DNA of 64,000 bases, from positions 1 through 64,000 of the forward strand of contig DAOVVV010000006.1 in the NCBI GenBank assembly GCA_030637025.1, read 5' to 3'. Positions 48,054 through 57,853 of the stretch are shown here, piece after piece (position 1 is the stretch's first letter; each line of letters starts with the position of its first letter). A program made the translations under genes and the position numbers. The notes under the pieces were generated by a model that was not told the origin of the DNA, made no database searches, and worked only from the letters and a program-made list of their open reading frames with translations. The stretch comes from Clostridia bacterium. GTDB taxonomy: Bacteria > CBDUZB01 > JAGLHV01.

Positions 48054-49898
48054 ATGAAATTAAAATTTTTTTCTCTTACCCGGATAATTGAAGACACAAA
48101 AACTACTGCAACACGCTTTCCCCTGGCCATGCTAACGGCTTTTTTGGGAACTATTATCTCCCTTGTTTTATTGCACATCGAGGGGCTTTCTTGCGATAGT
48201 TCAGATATTCTCACCAAGGTGTTGATGATACTAATTATCGCCTTTCCGTTAGCTATTGTCATAGTCTTATTTGGTGAACAACAGCAATGGAAAGAAAAAG
48301 AACAGATGATGGCTAATATCGCTGTAATACTGTTTTTAATAGCCTATTATTTATTAATCCCGGTAAATTTTTTTGAAATAGAAAAAATTTTTCTAATGCG
48401 TTATTTTATGTGGATAATTGCTTTTGTTATAGTCATTAGCTTTATTCCCTTTTTACAAAAAGAAAAAGCAAAAATTAATATCTTCTGGCAATACAATTGC
48501 GATATAATTTCATCACTTGCGTTGACCATATTGTACGCATTATCTATTCAAATTGGTTTAGCTATCGCCCTTTCTTCTATTGATTTTCTTTTTAATATAA
48601 AAATAGATTATAAAAGATATATGGAATTATGGATTATAGTTGTGGGAATATTTAGTACTACATTTTTTCTTTCCCGGATTCCCAAAAATATTTCCCAGAG
48701 AGAAGAAACGGATTTTTATCCCCGGGAATTACGCTTATTTTCTCAGTATGTGCTTGTTCCGTTAGTGACCATGTATTTTATTATTTTATATGCCTATGTT
48801 GCTAAAATTTTAATTACCTGGGATTGGCCTGAAAGCGTATTAGCCTATATGATTTTAGGATTTTCTTTTTTAGGCATTCTGACCTATATTATTTTATATC
48901 CACAAAGAGAAAAGGTAGAATGGATTAAAAAAGCCGGTAGGATTTTTTATCTTATACTTATACCTCAAGTGGGAATGTTGTTCTGGGCCCTCTGGTTTAG
49001 AATTGCACAATACGGCATAACGGAAAAGAGATATTTTGTTTTTATTTTTGGCCTATGGTTGTTAGGAATAGGAATATATTTCTTGCGGGGAAAGAAGAAA
49101 GATATTCGGTTAATTCCTATTACCATTTCTGTGATTATACTAATTTGTTCTTTTGGTCCCTGGGGAGCATTCGCTGTTTCTAAAAAAAATCAGATTGGGC
49201 GTTTGGAAAAAATATTAATAAAGAATCACATTTTAATTAATAATAAAATTCAAAAATCAGAAAAGGAAGTAACTTTTGATGATAGAAAAGAGATTAGCGC
49301 TATTATTCGCTATCTAATAGATGTTCATGGAGTAGATAGTATTCAATCCTGGTTTAATCAGGATTTGAGTTTGTTTAAGGAGGAGAAAGAAGTAAAATGC
49401 GGTAGAAGAGGGATTTCTTCTTATGCTTTACCGCCAAAAATAGTTAAAGAATTTCTCGGTCTTAACTATGTTAATCAATGGGATATTAAAAGGCATACAA
49501 GGAAAGACTTTTATTTATATACTGTTCAATCCTCGGAAGAGATATTGGATATTTCAGAATATGATTATATGGTGATGATAAAGAAATCTTCAGGAGAAAT
49601 CGGAGAGCTTAACGGAGATAACTATAGATTTGAGCTGGAGAGCAACAAGAAGGAATTTATTATATTTAAAAATGATGTTATTTTAACCAGAATTTCAATG
49701 CAGGAATTTTGGAAAAATATTGTCAAACAATATTTTCAAGAGGGGAAAAGTAGTTTTTCCCGGGATGAAATGAAGGCAGTATATAAGGATAAAAAAATAA
49801 AGCTTGCTTTGTATCTAACCTATATTTCCAGTAAAAGGCAGAAAGACGGCAGCTATAATATTAAAAATATGAGTGGGCAACTATTATTTTCTTTGTGA
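48054..49898 (+). CDS. DUF4153 domain membrane protein
   Basis: RFP.A, YVLVPLV..Y..ILY.Y, RI.QYGITE.RY, FGPWGAF.VS..NQ..RL. Confidence 0.85.
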   Translation: MKLKFFSLTRIIEDTKTTATRFPLAMLTAFLGTIISLVLLHIEGLSCDSSDILTKVLMILIIAFPLAIVIVLFGEQQQWKEKEQMMANIAVILFLIAYYLLIPVNFFEIEKIFLMRYFMWIIAFVIVISFIPFLQKEKAKINIFWQYNCDIISSLALTILYALSIQIGLAIALSSIDFLFNIKIDYKRYMELWIIVVGIFSTTFFLSRIPKNISQREETDFYPRELRLFSQYVLVPLVTMYFIILYAYVAKILITWDWPESVLAYMILGFSFLGILTYIILYPQREKVEWIKKAGRIFYLILIPQVGMLFWALWFRIAQYGITEKRYFVFIFGLWLLGIGIYFLRGKKKDIRLIPITISVIILICSFGPWGAFAVSKKNQIGRLEKILIKNHILINNKIQKSEKEVTFDDRKEISAIIRYLIDVHGVDSIQSWFNQDLSLFKEEKEVKCGRRGISSYALPPKIVKEFLGLNYVNQWDIKRHTRKDFYLYTVQSSEEILDISEYDYMVMIKKSSGEIGELNGDNYRFELESNKKEFIIFKNDVILTRISMQEFWKNIVKQYFQEGKSSFSRDEMKAVYKDKKIKLALYLTYISSKRQKDGSYNIKNMSGQLLFSL

Positions 49899-50056
49899 AA
49901 GCCAATAGGGGCAGTGAAATATATTGTGTTCCTGTAAGACTTGTTCTGCTGTTCGGGATTATAAGTAGTTGTATGGACTTCTGACTAATTAATATATAAA
50001 ATGCATTAAATATGAGCATCAGAACTATTGTGGAAGATAAAAACAGGAAAAAATAA

Positions 50057-51025
50057 ATGTTTCTGAAAAAGCATAAAGTGCTGGTAAATTTATTATTGAT
50101 AGCAATTTTTTATATTCCTCCCCTTTATTCTAAAACTTGTCACATTTGCATTATAACAAACAGAAAGATAGAACCTTATGAGATTGCTTTAAGAGGATGT
50201 TTAAATGTAATGAAAAAAAGAGGTTACAGAGAAAAAGATAATATTGTTTTTACCTATTATGATTTGGAAAAAAATGAAAAAAATAGTTTATTATTATTAA
50301 AAAGAATTAAAAGAAAAAAACCTGATTTAATTATATCTTTTGGAACAAAAGCAAGCAAAATACTTAAAAAAAAGATAAAAAATATTCCGGTAGTTTTTTC
50401 CATGGTTCTAAATCCTGTAGAGAGCGGGCTGGTAAATAAAATCATAAGTCCAGAGGGCAATTTTATCGGAGCCTCTATGAACGTTCTTCCTGAAAGCCAG
50501 TTTAAACTATTAAAAGAAGTTCTACCGTGGGTTCAAAAGGTGGGGGTCATTTATGATTCCAAGAAGACGGGAGATACGATTACAACAGCTCTTCCGTCAG
50601 CTAAGAAATATGACCTGGAATTAATTAGAAAGGATGTTTTTTCTCCAAAGGAAGTGCCGTTAGCAATTAATCGAATGATAAAAAAAATAGATGTATTATG
50701 GTTAATTGCTGATACTACCGTTATTAGCTATCAATCTCTGCAGTACATTTTAAAAATTGCTTTAAAGGCGAAAGTCCCGGTTATTGCTCAAGCCAATTAT
50801 GTGGTAGAGATGGGAGCTTTAATTGGTTTAGAGTGTAATTATAAGGATATCGGTATGCAGTCAGGGGAATTAGTTTGTAAAATATTAGAAGGAGAAAAAC
50901 CTGTTAATTTGCAAACGACTGTTCCCAGGAAAACACTTTTACTAATAAATCTTAAAGTTGCCAGGGCGTTAGGATTAAAGATTCCTTTTTCTGTTTCAAA
51001 AAGAGCTCATAAACTTTTTAAATAA
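50057..51025 (+). CDS. ABC-transporter substrate-binding-like protein (ABC_sub_bind)
   Basis: PVVFSMV.NP, IG.QSG.L...IL.G..P, L.INLK.A..LG..IP; signal peptide. Confidence 0.85.
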   Translation: MFLKKHKVLVNLLLIAIFYIPPLYSKTCHICIITNRKIEPYEIALRGCLNVMKKRGYREKDNIVFTYYDLEKNEKNSLLLLKRIKRKKPDLIISFGTKASKILKKKIKNIPVVFSMVLNPVESGLVNKIISPEGNFIGASMNVLPESQFKLLKEVLPWVQKVGVIYDSKKTGDTITTALPSAKKYDLELIRKDVFSPKEVPLAINRMIKKIDVLWLIADTTVISYQSLQYILKIALKAKVPVIAQANYVVEMGALIGLECNYKDIGMQSGELVCKILEGEKPVNLQTTVPRKTLLLINLKVARALGLKIPFSVSKRAHKLFK

Positions 51026-51097
51026 CCCAAAAGAAAGGAGGGGAAAAAAGATATTTTTAAGGGGAGTAAAAAAATAATATAAAAAGGAGAAAAACCA

Positions 51098-52999
51098 ATG
51101 ATAAAAACTATTTTTAGAATGATTTGGCTATGGTGTTTAATGTGTCTTTTTACATCATCGGCATTTGCTCAAACGGATGAAATATCTCCGGAATTTTTAT
51201 TGTTTGGGAAGGAAATTTTGGTAGTAACAGCAGCCCGCTATGAGCAGGAGATAGGGGAAGCGCCGGCTACCATTAATGTTATTACAGCAGAGGATATTAA
51301 AAATTCGGGGTGTTTAACAGTTGGTGACCTTTTAAGAACTCTGGCGGGAATAGATATTAGACAGACCGGAACAAAATTTTATTTAACGCCCCGGGGATTA
51401 AGTAGTGCAAATTCATGTGCTACAGGGAGGGTTCTTTGTTTCGTTGATGGCCGTCCAATTAATACCCCTAATTATGGAAGTTTTGCTCCTGGTTTAACCT
51501 TGCCGCTGGTTAATATAAAGAGGATTGAGGTAATTAAAGGTCCTGGTTCAGCAATTTATGGGGCTAATGCTTTTTCCGGGGTAATTAATATAATTACTAA
51601 GTCTCCGGAAGATCTTGATGGGTTTGAAATTTCGGCAGCAGGGGGAGAGTTTTCCTCTCAACTTCATAAATTAAGTTTTGGTAAAAAAAGCGAAAAAATC
51701 GATGGGTTGTTTACTGCTCGGTGGTATAAAACGGATGGATCACAATTAGTTGCGGATAACACTGATTTTGAAAACTACAACGTCTATGGAAAAGTAGAAA
51801 TTTCTAAAATAACTTTATCCTTTGGACATAGTGAAACAGACCGTGGATTATCAGGTAGCACAGCAAGGCCGACTTCTACTCATACTGAAGAGATAAAAGA
51901 AAGTTTTGTAGATGTCGTAGGTAATATAGAATTAAATTCCTGTATGGATTTAATGGTCAAAGGATTTATCAATGATCGCGAAGATATACTGGAGATGACT
52001 GATTTGACCACTGTTGATGAATCTGTTTTGGGTGGGGAAGTCCAGCATAACTGGCGGATAAATTCTAATAACCTGCTTATTTGTGGGGTGGATGTGCGTC
52101 AGGATATAGCTAAGTCGGAAATAGCATTAGCAGGAGACAATGAAACAACAAATGTTGCTTTTTATATACAAGACGAATGTAAACTTAAGGAGAAATTAAC
52201 AGTTACCTTAGGAGTAAGACATGATAAACATTCTGTTTATGAAGAAGTAACTAGTCCGAGAGTAGGTGTAGTTTATAATCTTGGTAGAACTGTTCTTAAA
52301 TCTTTTTATGGGGAAGCATTCAGAGCTCCTACTTTTGCTGAGACATATCCTGATATATGGCTTAGCCCAGGGATGCATTTGATGGGGAATGAAGAACTTG
52401 AACCTGAAAAGATGCAGTCATACGAAATAGGAATAGGGCATAAATTTACCAGGGAGATAGAAGGGGAACTAAATGCTTTCTATAACAAAACAAGAGATTT
52501 AATTGTTTTGAGATCCCGAACGCTTCCACCCACTGGTTTTCCTCCTATACCTGTTATGGTTCATGATAATGTAAATAAAAATAAAGCGGAGGTAAAAGGA
52601 GTAGAAGTAAGTATGAAAAGTAAACTTTTTTTTGACAATCTGAAAGGCGTTATGAATTATTCATATCAAGAAGCTAAAGACGAAGAAACCAAGGAAGATT
52701 TGGAATATGCGCCTAATCATAAATTTAATATAGGATTAAATCTTAAATTGGGACAGTTTATGGCGAATACCGCCCTTCGTTATATAGGTGAAAGAATTTA
52801 TCCGGTTGGCCGCTCTGGGGCTGATATGGGAGAATTGGATGCCTATACAGTCGTAGATGCTAAAATCATTGCCAGGATATTAAAAGATTTGGAAGTATCG
52901 TTATCTGCATATAATATATTTGATGAGGAATATGAAGAAACGTATAGCTATCCAATGCCTGGTACAAGCTGGTTAGCCGAGGTGGGGTATAAGTTTTAA
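51098..52999 (+). CDS. TonB-dependent receptor
   Basis: VVTAAR.EQ, IEVIKGPGSAIYGANAF.GVINIITK plug; AFRAPT; C-terminal YKF. Confidence 0.93.
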   Translation: MIKTIFRMIWLWCLMCLFTSSAFAQTDEISPEFLLFGKEILVVTAARYEQEIGEAPATINVITAEDIKNSGCLTVGDLLRTLAGIDIRQTGTKFYLTPRGLSSANSCATGRVLCFVDGRPINTPNYGSFAPGLTLPLVNIKRIEVIKGPGSAIYGANAFSGVINIITKSPEDLDGFEISAAGGEFSSQLHKLSFGKKSEKIDGLFTARWYKTDGSQLVADNTDFENYNVYGKVEISKITLSFGHSETDRGLSGSTARPTSTHTEEIKESFVDVVGNIELNSCMDLMVKGFINDREDILEMTDLTTVDESVLGGEVQHNWRINSNNLLICGVDVRQDIAKSEIALAGDNETTNVAFYIQDECKLKEKLTVTLGVRHDKHSVYEEVTSPRVGVVYNLGRTVLKSFYGEAFRAPTFAETYPDIWLSPGMHLMGNEELEPEKMQSYEIGIGHKFTREIEGELNAFYNKTRDLIVLRSRTLPPTGFPPIPVMVHDNVNKNKAEVKGVEVSMKSKLFFDNLKGVMNYSYQEAKDEETKEDLEYAPNHKFNIGLNLKLGQFMANTALRYIGERIYPVGRSGADMGELDAYTVVDAKIIARILKDLEVSLSAYNIFDEEYEETYSYPMPGTSWLAEVGYKF

Positions 53000-53133
53000 A
53001 AACGATGAAAAAGAAAAATATGTATTTTGTAACAAAAAGAGAAATTATAATAAATTCTTGACAAATAGATATTTTTTATGATATATTCTTTGTGTAAGTA
53101 AAGTTGGAAAAATAAAAATTTACGGTGAAAACT

Positions 53134-53220
53134 ATGCAATTAGTTAAAATTATTTTTTTAGTAGTAGAGGTAAATGTAGTAGTCGTGGTGCATGGTATTT
53201 TCACCGTGGGCATGAAGTGA
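53134..53220 (+). CDS. ilv leader peptide 1 (28 aa)
   Basis: MQLVKIIFLVVEVNVVVVVHGIFTVGMK: 10 Val, 3 Ile, 2 Leu; follows promoter TTGACA(53058). Confidence 0.85.
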   Translation: MQLVKIIFLVVEVNVVVVVHGIFTVGMK

Positions 53221-53238
53221 GAGCTTAAGGCTAAACTT

Positions 53239-53278
53239 AAAAGCCCCTGTCGGTGAAAAGCCGACAGGGGCTTTTTTT
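53239..53278 (+). terminator. Attenuator terminator 1
   Basis: AAAAGCCCCTGTCGG-TGAAAAG-CCGACAGGGGC-T7; antiterminator TTTTCACCG in leader 1 pairs with CGGTGAAAA. Confidence 0.9.
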
Positions 53279-53312
53279 ATTTAACCGAATATAATTTTAA
53301 AGGAGTAAGTTG

Positions 53313-53393
53313 GTGAAAGAATTAGAAAGAATGAAAATTTATATTGTTGATATCGTGGTAGTAGTATATGTTGTAGGCAGGCCTCCGCCTTGA
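53313..53393 (+). CDS. ilv leader peptide 2 (26 aa from GTG, or 20 aa from ATG 53331)
   Basis: RBS AGGAG; (MKELER)MKIYIVDIVVVVYVVGRPPP: 7 Val, 3 Ile. Confidence 0.8.
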   Translation: MKELERMKIYIVDIVVVVYVVGRPPP

Positions 53394-53421
53394 GGGTGAA
53401 GTGGTGAATTATACACACAAT

Positions 53422-53456
53422 CCCCTGTTGGCGAGAGGCCGACAGGGGTTTTTTTT
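53422..53456 (+). terminator. Attenuator terminator 2
   Basis: CCCCTGTTGGC-GAGAG-GCCGACAGGGG-T8; antiterminator GGCCTCCGCC pairs with GGCGAGAGGCC. Confidence 0.9.
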
Positions 53457-53499
53457 ATTAAAATTTAGTAAATCAAAATATTTTAAAAGGAGAAAAATA

Positions 53500-55173
53500 A
53501 TGAAATATACAGGAGCTGAAATTATTATTAAATTGTTGGAAAGGAAGGGAATTACTATTGTTTCCGGAATTCCGGGAGGTGCAAATCTTCCTTTGTATAA
53601 TGCGCTTTATAAAAGTAAGATAAGGCATATTTTAGCACGACATGAGCAGGGAGCCGGGTTTATTGCTCATGGAATAGCCAGAGCTACAGGAAAAACAGCT
53701 GTTTGCTTTGCTACTTCCGGACCGGGAGCAACAAACTTGTTAACTGCAATTGCCGATGCAAAGTTGGATTCGATACCCATTATTGCCATTACCGGACAGG
53801 TTCCTACTTCGTTTATAGGAAGCGATGCCTTTCAGGAAGTGGATACCTATGGGATGAGTTTACCCATTACTAAACATAATTTTCTTGTTCGGGACGCAAG
53901 AGAATTGCTGCATATTATTCCGGAGGCTTTTAACATTGCTGAATCCGGAAGGCCCGGACCGGTGCTAATTGATGTTCCCAAAGATGTTCAACGCCAGACT
54001 ATTGAATTTGATCAATGGCCGGCTCAGGAGAAAGAAAAAGTCCCTGAGAAAATTGATTTATCCGCTATTAAACACATTGCCGGAATGATTAATGAAGCCA
54101 AACGGCCTTTGCTTTATATCGGGGGGGGGATAGTTCAGTCAAAGGCACATAATTTGTTATATAAACTAGCTAAGAAAAATTCTATACCTGTTGTTTCCAC
54201 ATTAATGGGTCTTGGTTGTTTTCCTGCGGAAGACTCTTTATATCTGGGTATGCTGGGAATGCATGGTGCACGCTATACTAATTTCATTCTTAATGAAACG
54301 GATTTACTTTTGGCTTTTGGTGTTCGTTTTGATGACCGGGCTACCGGGAATGTTAGAAAGTTTTGTCCGCAGGCAAAAATTATTCATATCGACATAGACC
54401 ACTCTGAAATTGACAAAATTAAAAAAGCTAAGTTTTCGGTTACAGGAGATATAGGTATGGCCTTGAAGCAAATAATGTCCTTTATAAATTCTGATAGCCG
54501 GAGAAAGTGGATTACGCAGGTGGAAAGAATAAAAAAAGAAAATCCTTTTTTGATACCAAAAAATACTAATTCTTTGCATCCAATAAAGTTAATTAAGAAA
54601 ATAAGTGATTTAGTTAAGTCCGATACAATAATTACCACAGATGTGGGACAACACCAAATGTGGGTTGCTCAAGTGTATCCATTTCAGTATCCTCGGACGT
54701 TGTTGACTTCCGGTGGTTTAGGAACTATGGGGTTTGGATTTCCCGCAGCTATTGGGGCAGCTCTGGCGAAACCAAAGAAGCGTATTGTTTGTATTAGTGG
54801 GGATGGTTCTTTCCTGATGAATATTCAGGAGTTAGCAACTTTAGCGGATTTGAATTTAAATATAACCGTTATCATTATGAATAACGGCCATTTAGGGCTT
54901 GTTCGACAACAGCAGGAATTGTTTTATGAAAAGAAATATATATCTACAAAATTTGCTACCAATCCGGATTTTGCTGCTATTGCTAATAATTTTGGTATTC
55001 GGAGTTATGATTTAAAAGGAAGGAAAAACCCGATGGCTACTCTGACTAAATCCTTATCAGAACCGGGTCCGTGTCTGGTGAATGTGCCGGTAGACTCTGC
55101 AGAAAATGTTAATCCTATAGTTCCACCCGGTGCGGCAAATTATGAAATGATAGGAGGTGATATTAATGACTAA
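53500..55173 (+). CDS. ilvB: Acetolactate synthase large subunit
   Basis: GIPGGA.LP.Y, RHEQGA, SGPGATN, DVGQHQMW, GDGSF.MN.QEL. Confidence 0.96.
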   Translation: MKYTGAEIIIKLLERKGITIVSGIPGGANLPLYNALYKSKIRHILARHEQGAGFIAHGIARATGKTAVCFATSGPGATNLLTAIADAKLDSIPIIAITGQVPTSFIGSDAFQEVDTYGMSLPITKHNFLVRDARELLHIIPEAFNIAESGRPGPVLIDVPKDVQRQTIEFDQWPAQEKEKVPEKIDLSAIKHIAGMINEAKRPLLYIGGGIVQSKAHNLLYKLAKKNSIPVVSTLMGLGCFPAEDSLYLGMLGMHGARYTNFILNETDLLLAFGVRFDDRATGNVRKFCPQAKIIHIDIDHSEIDKIKKAKFSVTGDIGMALKQIMSFINSDSRRKWITQVERIKKENPFLIPKNTNSLHPIKLIKKISDLVKSDTIITTDVGQHQMWVAQVYPFQYPRTLLTSGGLGTMGFGFPAAIGAALAKPKKRIVCISGDGSFLMNIQELATLADLNLNITVIIMNNGHLGLVRQQQELFYEKKYISTKFATNPDFAAIANNFGIRSYDLKGRKNPMATLTKSLSEPGPCLVNVPVDSAENVNPIVPPGAANYEMIGGDIND

Positions 55174-55453
55174 AAAGGCAAGTACTATTATTGAATTGAC
55201 GGTTCAAAATCATCCGGGTGTGATGTCTCATATTACCGGACTTTTTTCCAGACGGGCATTCAATTTAGAAGGAATTTTATGTGGGAGTATCGATGACAGC
55301 AGGAAAAGCCGGATGTATCTATTAGTCGAAAACAATAGTCGTATTGAGCAGATAATCAAACAATTGCAAAAACTTTATGATGTTATAGAAGTTACTTTGC
55401 GAGAGGATTACGACCATACTTTGTTTAATAGATTACATGAACTTATTAAATAA
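55166..55453 (+). CDS. ilvN: Acetolactate synthase small subunit
   Basis: NHPGVMSHI.GLFSRRAFNLEGI ACT domain. Confidence 0.93.
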   Translation: MTKKASTIIELTVQNHPGVMSHITGLFSRRAFNLEGILCGSIDDSRKSRMYLLVENNSRIEQIIKQLQKLYDVIEVTLREDYDHTLFNRLHELIK

Positions 55454-55668
55454 CTCCTTGTTGTTATTCATAAACGATAACAAAATAAAAAGTGCAAGTT
55501 TTTCTTCTTGCATTTAAGCATTAAATGGGATAAAATCATAAGCACGGTTTGTAATTTACACGACATTTAAAAATTATTCTCTTTAATAGTGTAATCAGAT
55601 AATTTAGAAAGTATTGACTTTGTATTTGAAAATAAAACCTTATAGTTAACAGGAGAGGACTATTGCAT

Positions 55669-56247
55669 ATGGATAATAGCATTTCAGCATTTGTATTTAA
55701 AAATCGCCGGTTTTTTAGTATCATTTCTCTTATAGCGGTAATGGGTTTGAAAGTTTATTTAAAGGGCACTACCTCTTTGTTTTTGTTAGGGACAGGCTTA
55801 ATAATTGTAGCGATAGGAATAGTCTTTAGAATGTATTGTGCCAGTTATCTTTTGGGTAGGCATATTGTTACTAAAGTAGAAGCAGAGTTTCTTTGCGTTT
55901 CCGGGCCTTTTGCTCATCTTAGAAACCCTCTTTATCTGGGTAACTTTATTATCTGTTTAGGTAGTTGTATCGCTTTTAATGAATGGTATGCTTATTTAAT
56001 CGGGTTTGGAAATTTTATTTTTTTATATTCATTTATAATCCCTCATGAAGAAGAATTTTTGCAGGAAAAATTCGGAGATAATTATTTGGAATATAAAGCG
56101 AATATTAAGAGATTTATACCCAGGATAACAGGGTATAAAAGTCATACGGAAATATTTCCTAATTATAAACTCGGCATTTTGAGAGAAATTAGTCATTTAA
56201 TTGTCCTTGTAGTTTTGTTTGTAGTTCTTTTTGTGTGTTTTGTTTGA
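55669..56247 (+). CDS. Isoprenylcysteine carboxyl methyltransferase / PEMT family membrane protein
   Basis: SGPFAHLRNPLYLG, EE.FL..KFG..Y.EY...RFIP. Confidence 0.85.
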   Translation: MDNSISAFVFKNRRFFSIISLIAVMGLKVYLKGTTSLFLLGTGLIIVAIGIVFRMYCASYLLGRHIVTKVEAEFLCVSGPFAHLRNPLYLGNFIICLGSCIAFNEWYAYLIGFGNFIFLYSFIIPHEEEFLQEKFGDNYLEYKANIKRFIPRITGYKSHTEIFPNYKLGILREISHLIVLVVLFVVLFVCFV

Positions 56248-56284
56248 TAAAAGGGATTTTTTTTGCAGAAGTATATAAACAATA

Positions 56285-56449
56285 AAGAGTTCTGCAAAAT
56301 GACACATTTTGTCATTCCGCACTTGATGCGTAATCTATAATGTACTTAAAATATCAATAGATTCCTGCTTTCGCAGGAATGACCTGACTAATCCGCCTGA
56401 GGCGGAGCGGGCAGGCAACAAGGTAAAAAGGCTATTTTGAAGAAGTCTA
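56285..56449. mobile_element. Miniature inverted-repeat element (outer family, copy 2, without inner element)
   Basis: Same ends and body as 36971-37270; flanks TAAACAATA / TAAATAATA (8/9). Confidence 0.8.
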
Positions 56450-56477
56450 TAAATAATAAAAAAAGGAGGTATTGAAA

Positions 56478-57233
56478 ATGCAGAAAGGAAAGATAGTTAT
56501 TTTTTTTCGTTTGAGCATTGCTTTGTTACTACTCAATTCAATGCAATTAGTTTCTGCGCAGGCAAAGTCTAAGGCTAAAGATAATCAGGGAAAACATAAA
56601 GGATGGACTGAGGGGAAAAGAGAGGGACAAAAAAGTGAAACACCCCCTGGGTGGGGAAAGGGATTGAAGAAAGGCTGGGAAAAAGAAACTCCCCCGGGAT
56701 GGAATAAATGGGATAAAAAAGCAAGAAAAAGATGGCAAAAGAGGTTGGTTAAAGCTAAGAAACAAATTGAGGTGAAGGCAAAAAAGAAAGAGTGGAACTT
56801 AGAAAACCGAGAGAGAGCGGCTATAGCCCTGGAATTTGCAGTAAGAAGAGGTGTGCCGGTAAGCCATGTTGGAAATGTTGTAGAAGAATGTATTGGGAAT
56901 GGTTTATCCGGAGAAGATACTTTACTGGTAGGAATAGTTTTATCCGAAGGGGTTGATAAAGGAACTAATTTTAAAACTATGGGTAGCCAGGTTGTAAAAA
57001 AAATCAGAGCAGGCTATAAGGGGAAAAAATTAGCCAATGAAATTCGTGTTATGATTCAAACTAGACACAGAGCCAGAATGGAAGCAAAAGAAAAGAAAAT
57101 GGAAAAGCTTTTATATAAAGAAAAAATTAAGCAAGAGGAAAAAGAAGAGAAATTCGAGAGGCCGGAAAGCCAGGGATCCAGTGATGCTCCCGGAGGCAGG
57201 TCAGGTGGAGGGAGAGGTAAAGGCAAAAAATAA
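56478..57233 (+). CDS. Secreted hypothetical protein with PPGW/KGW low-complexity repeats
   Basis: Signal peptide (VSA-QA); repeated GW..G...PPGW; RBS AGGAGG. Confidence 0.7.
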   Translation: MQKGKIVIFFRLSIALLLLNSMQLVSAQAKSKAKDNQGKHKGWTEGKREGQKSETPPGWGKGLKKGWEKETPPGWNKWDKKARKRWQKRLVKAKKQIEVKAKKKEWNLENRERAAIALEFAVRRGVPVSHVGNVVEECIGNGLSGEDTLLVGIVLSEGVDKGTNFKTMGSQVVKKIRAGYKGKKLANEIRVMIQTRHRARMEAKEKKMEKLLYKEKIKQEEKEEKFERPESQGSSDAPGGRSGGGRGKGKK

Positions 57234-57286
57234 TATTCAACCTAAGCCAAAAAGATAAAAAGTCAGAGTTATATATTCTATAGTAT

Positions 57287-57333
57287 AATTGCAGTAGTCC
57301 GTTATTAAGTAATGGCGGATTACTGCAATTTTT
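57287..57333 (+). terminator. Rho-independent terminator
   Basis: AATTGCAGTAGTCCGTTATT / TAATGGCGGATTACTGCAATT followed by a T-tract. Confidence 0.75.
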
Positions 57334-57410
57334 ATTTCCTTTTCAGTATGAGTCATCATATAAAACTGGTACCCCTTATATGAAACAGACGAATGAATGG
57401 GATTTTTTTC

Positions 57411-57458
57411 TTGACAAACATATGAATAAATGTTAATATGTTAATATGTTAATATGTA
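57411..57458 (+). promoter_or_regulatory. Promoter and ArsR-type operator
   Basis: TTGACA(57411); imperfect palindrome ATATGAATAAATGTTAATAT; ATGTTAAT repeated three times. Confidence 0.6.
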
Positions 57459-57483
57459 TATAAATTAAAGAAAGAGGGTAAAT

Positions 57484-57822
57484 ATGGAAAAATTTATTAA
57501 GTTATTTAGTGCTTTATCGGATGAAACCAGATTGCGTATTTATTTGCTGCTATTAAAGGGAAAACTATGTGTTTGTGAATTGATAAATATTTTAGATATG
57601 GAACAATCAAGGATTTCACATAGTTTAAGAATTTTAAAAGAAGCAGGGTTAATTAATAATCAACGGGAAGGAAAATGGATTATTTATTCGGTAAATCCAA
57701 AAATGATTAAGAACCAGATAATTCAAGGACTGAAAAAAGATGTAAGCTTGACCGGTAAGGACTTGCAGAAGTTAGCTAAATGTAAAAAAGAGAACATAAG
57801 AGAAAAGTGTGGAACAAAATAA
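57484..57822 (+). CDS. arsR: ArsR/SmtB family repressor
   Basis: ALSDETRLRI, LCVCEL, S.ISH.L..LK.AGL, EGKW..Y. Confidence 0.92.
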   Translation: MEKFIKLFSALSDETRLRIYLLLLKGKLCVCELINILDMEQSRISHSLRILKEAGLINNQREGKWIIYSVNPKMIKNQIIQGLKKDVSLTGKDLQKLAKCKKENIREKCGTK

Positions 57823-57853
57823 TAAATTTAAAATTGAGAAAGGACTATGAACG

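Noticed and set aside
53401-53499. Extended N-terminus of IlvB in the ORF track
   Set aside because: Runs through terminator 2; the real start is ATG 53500 after AGGAG.
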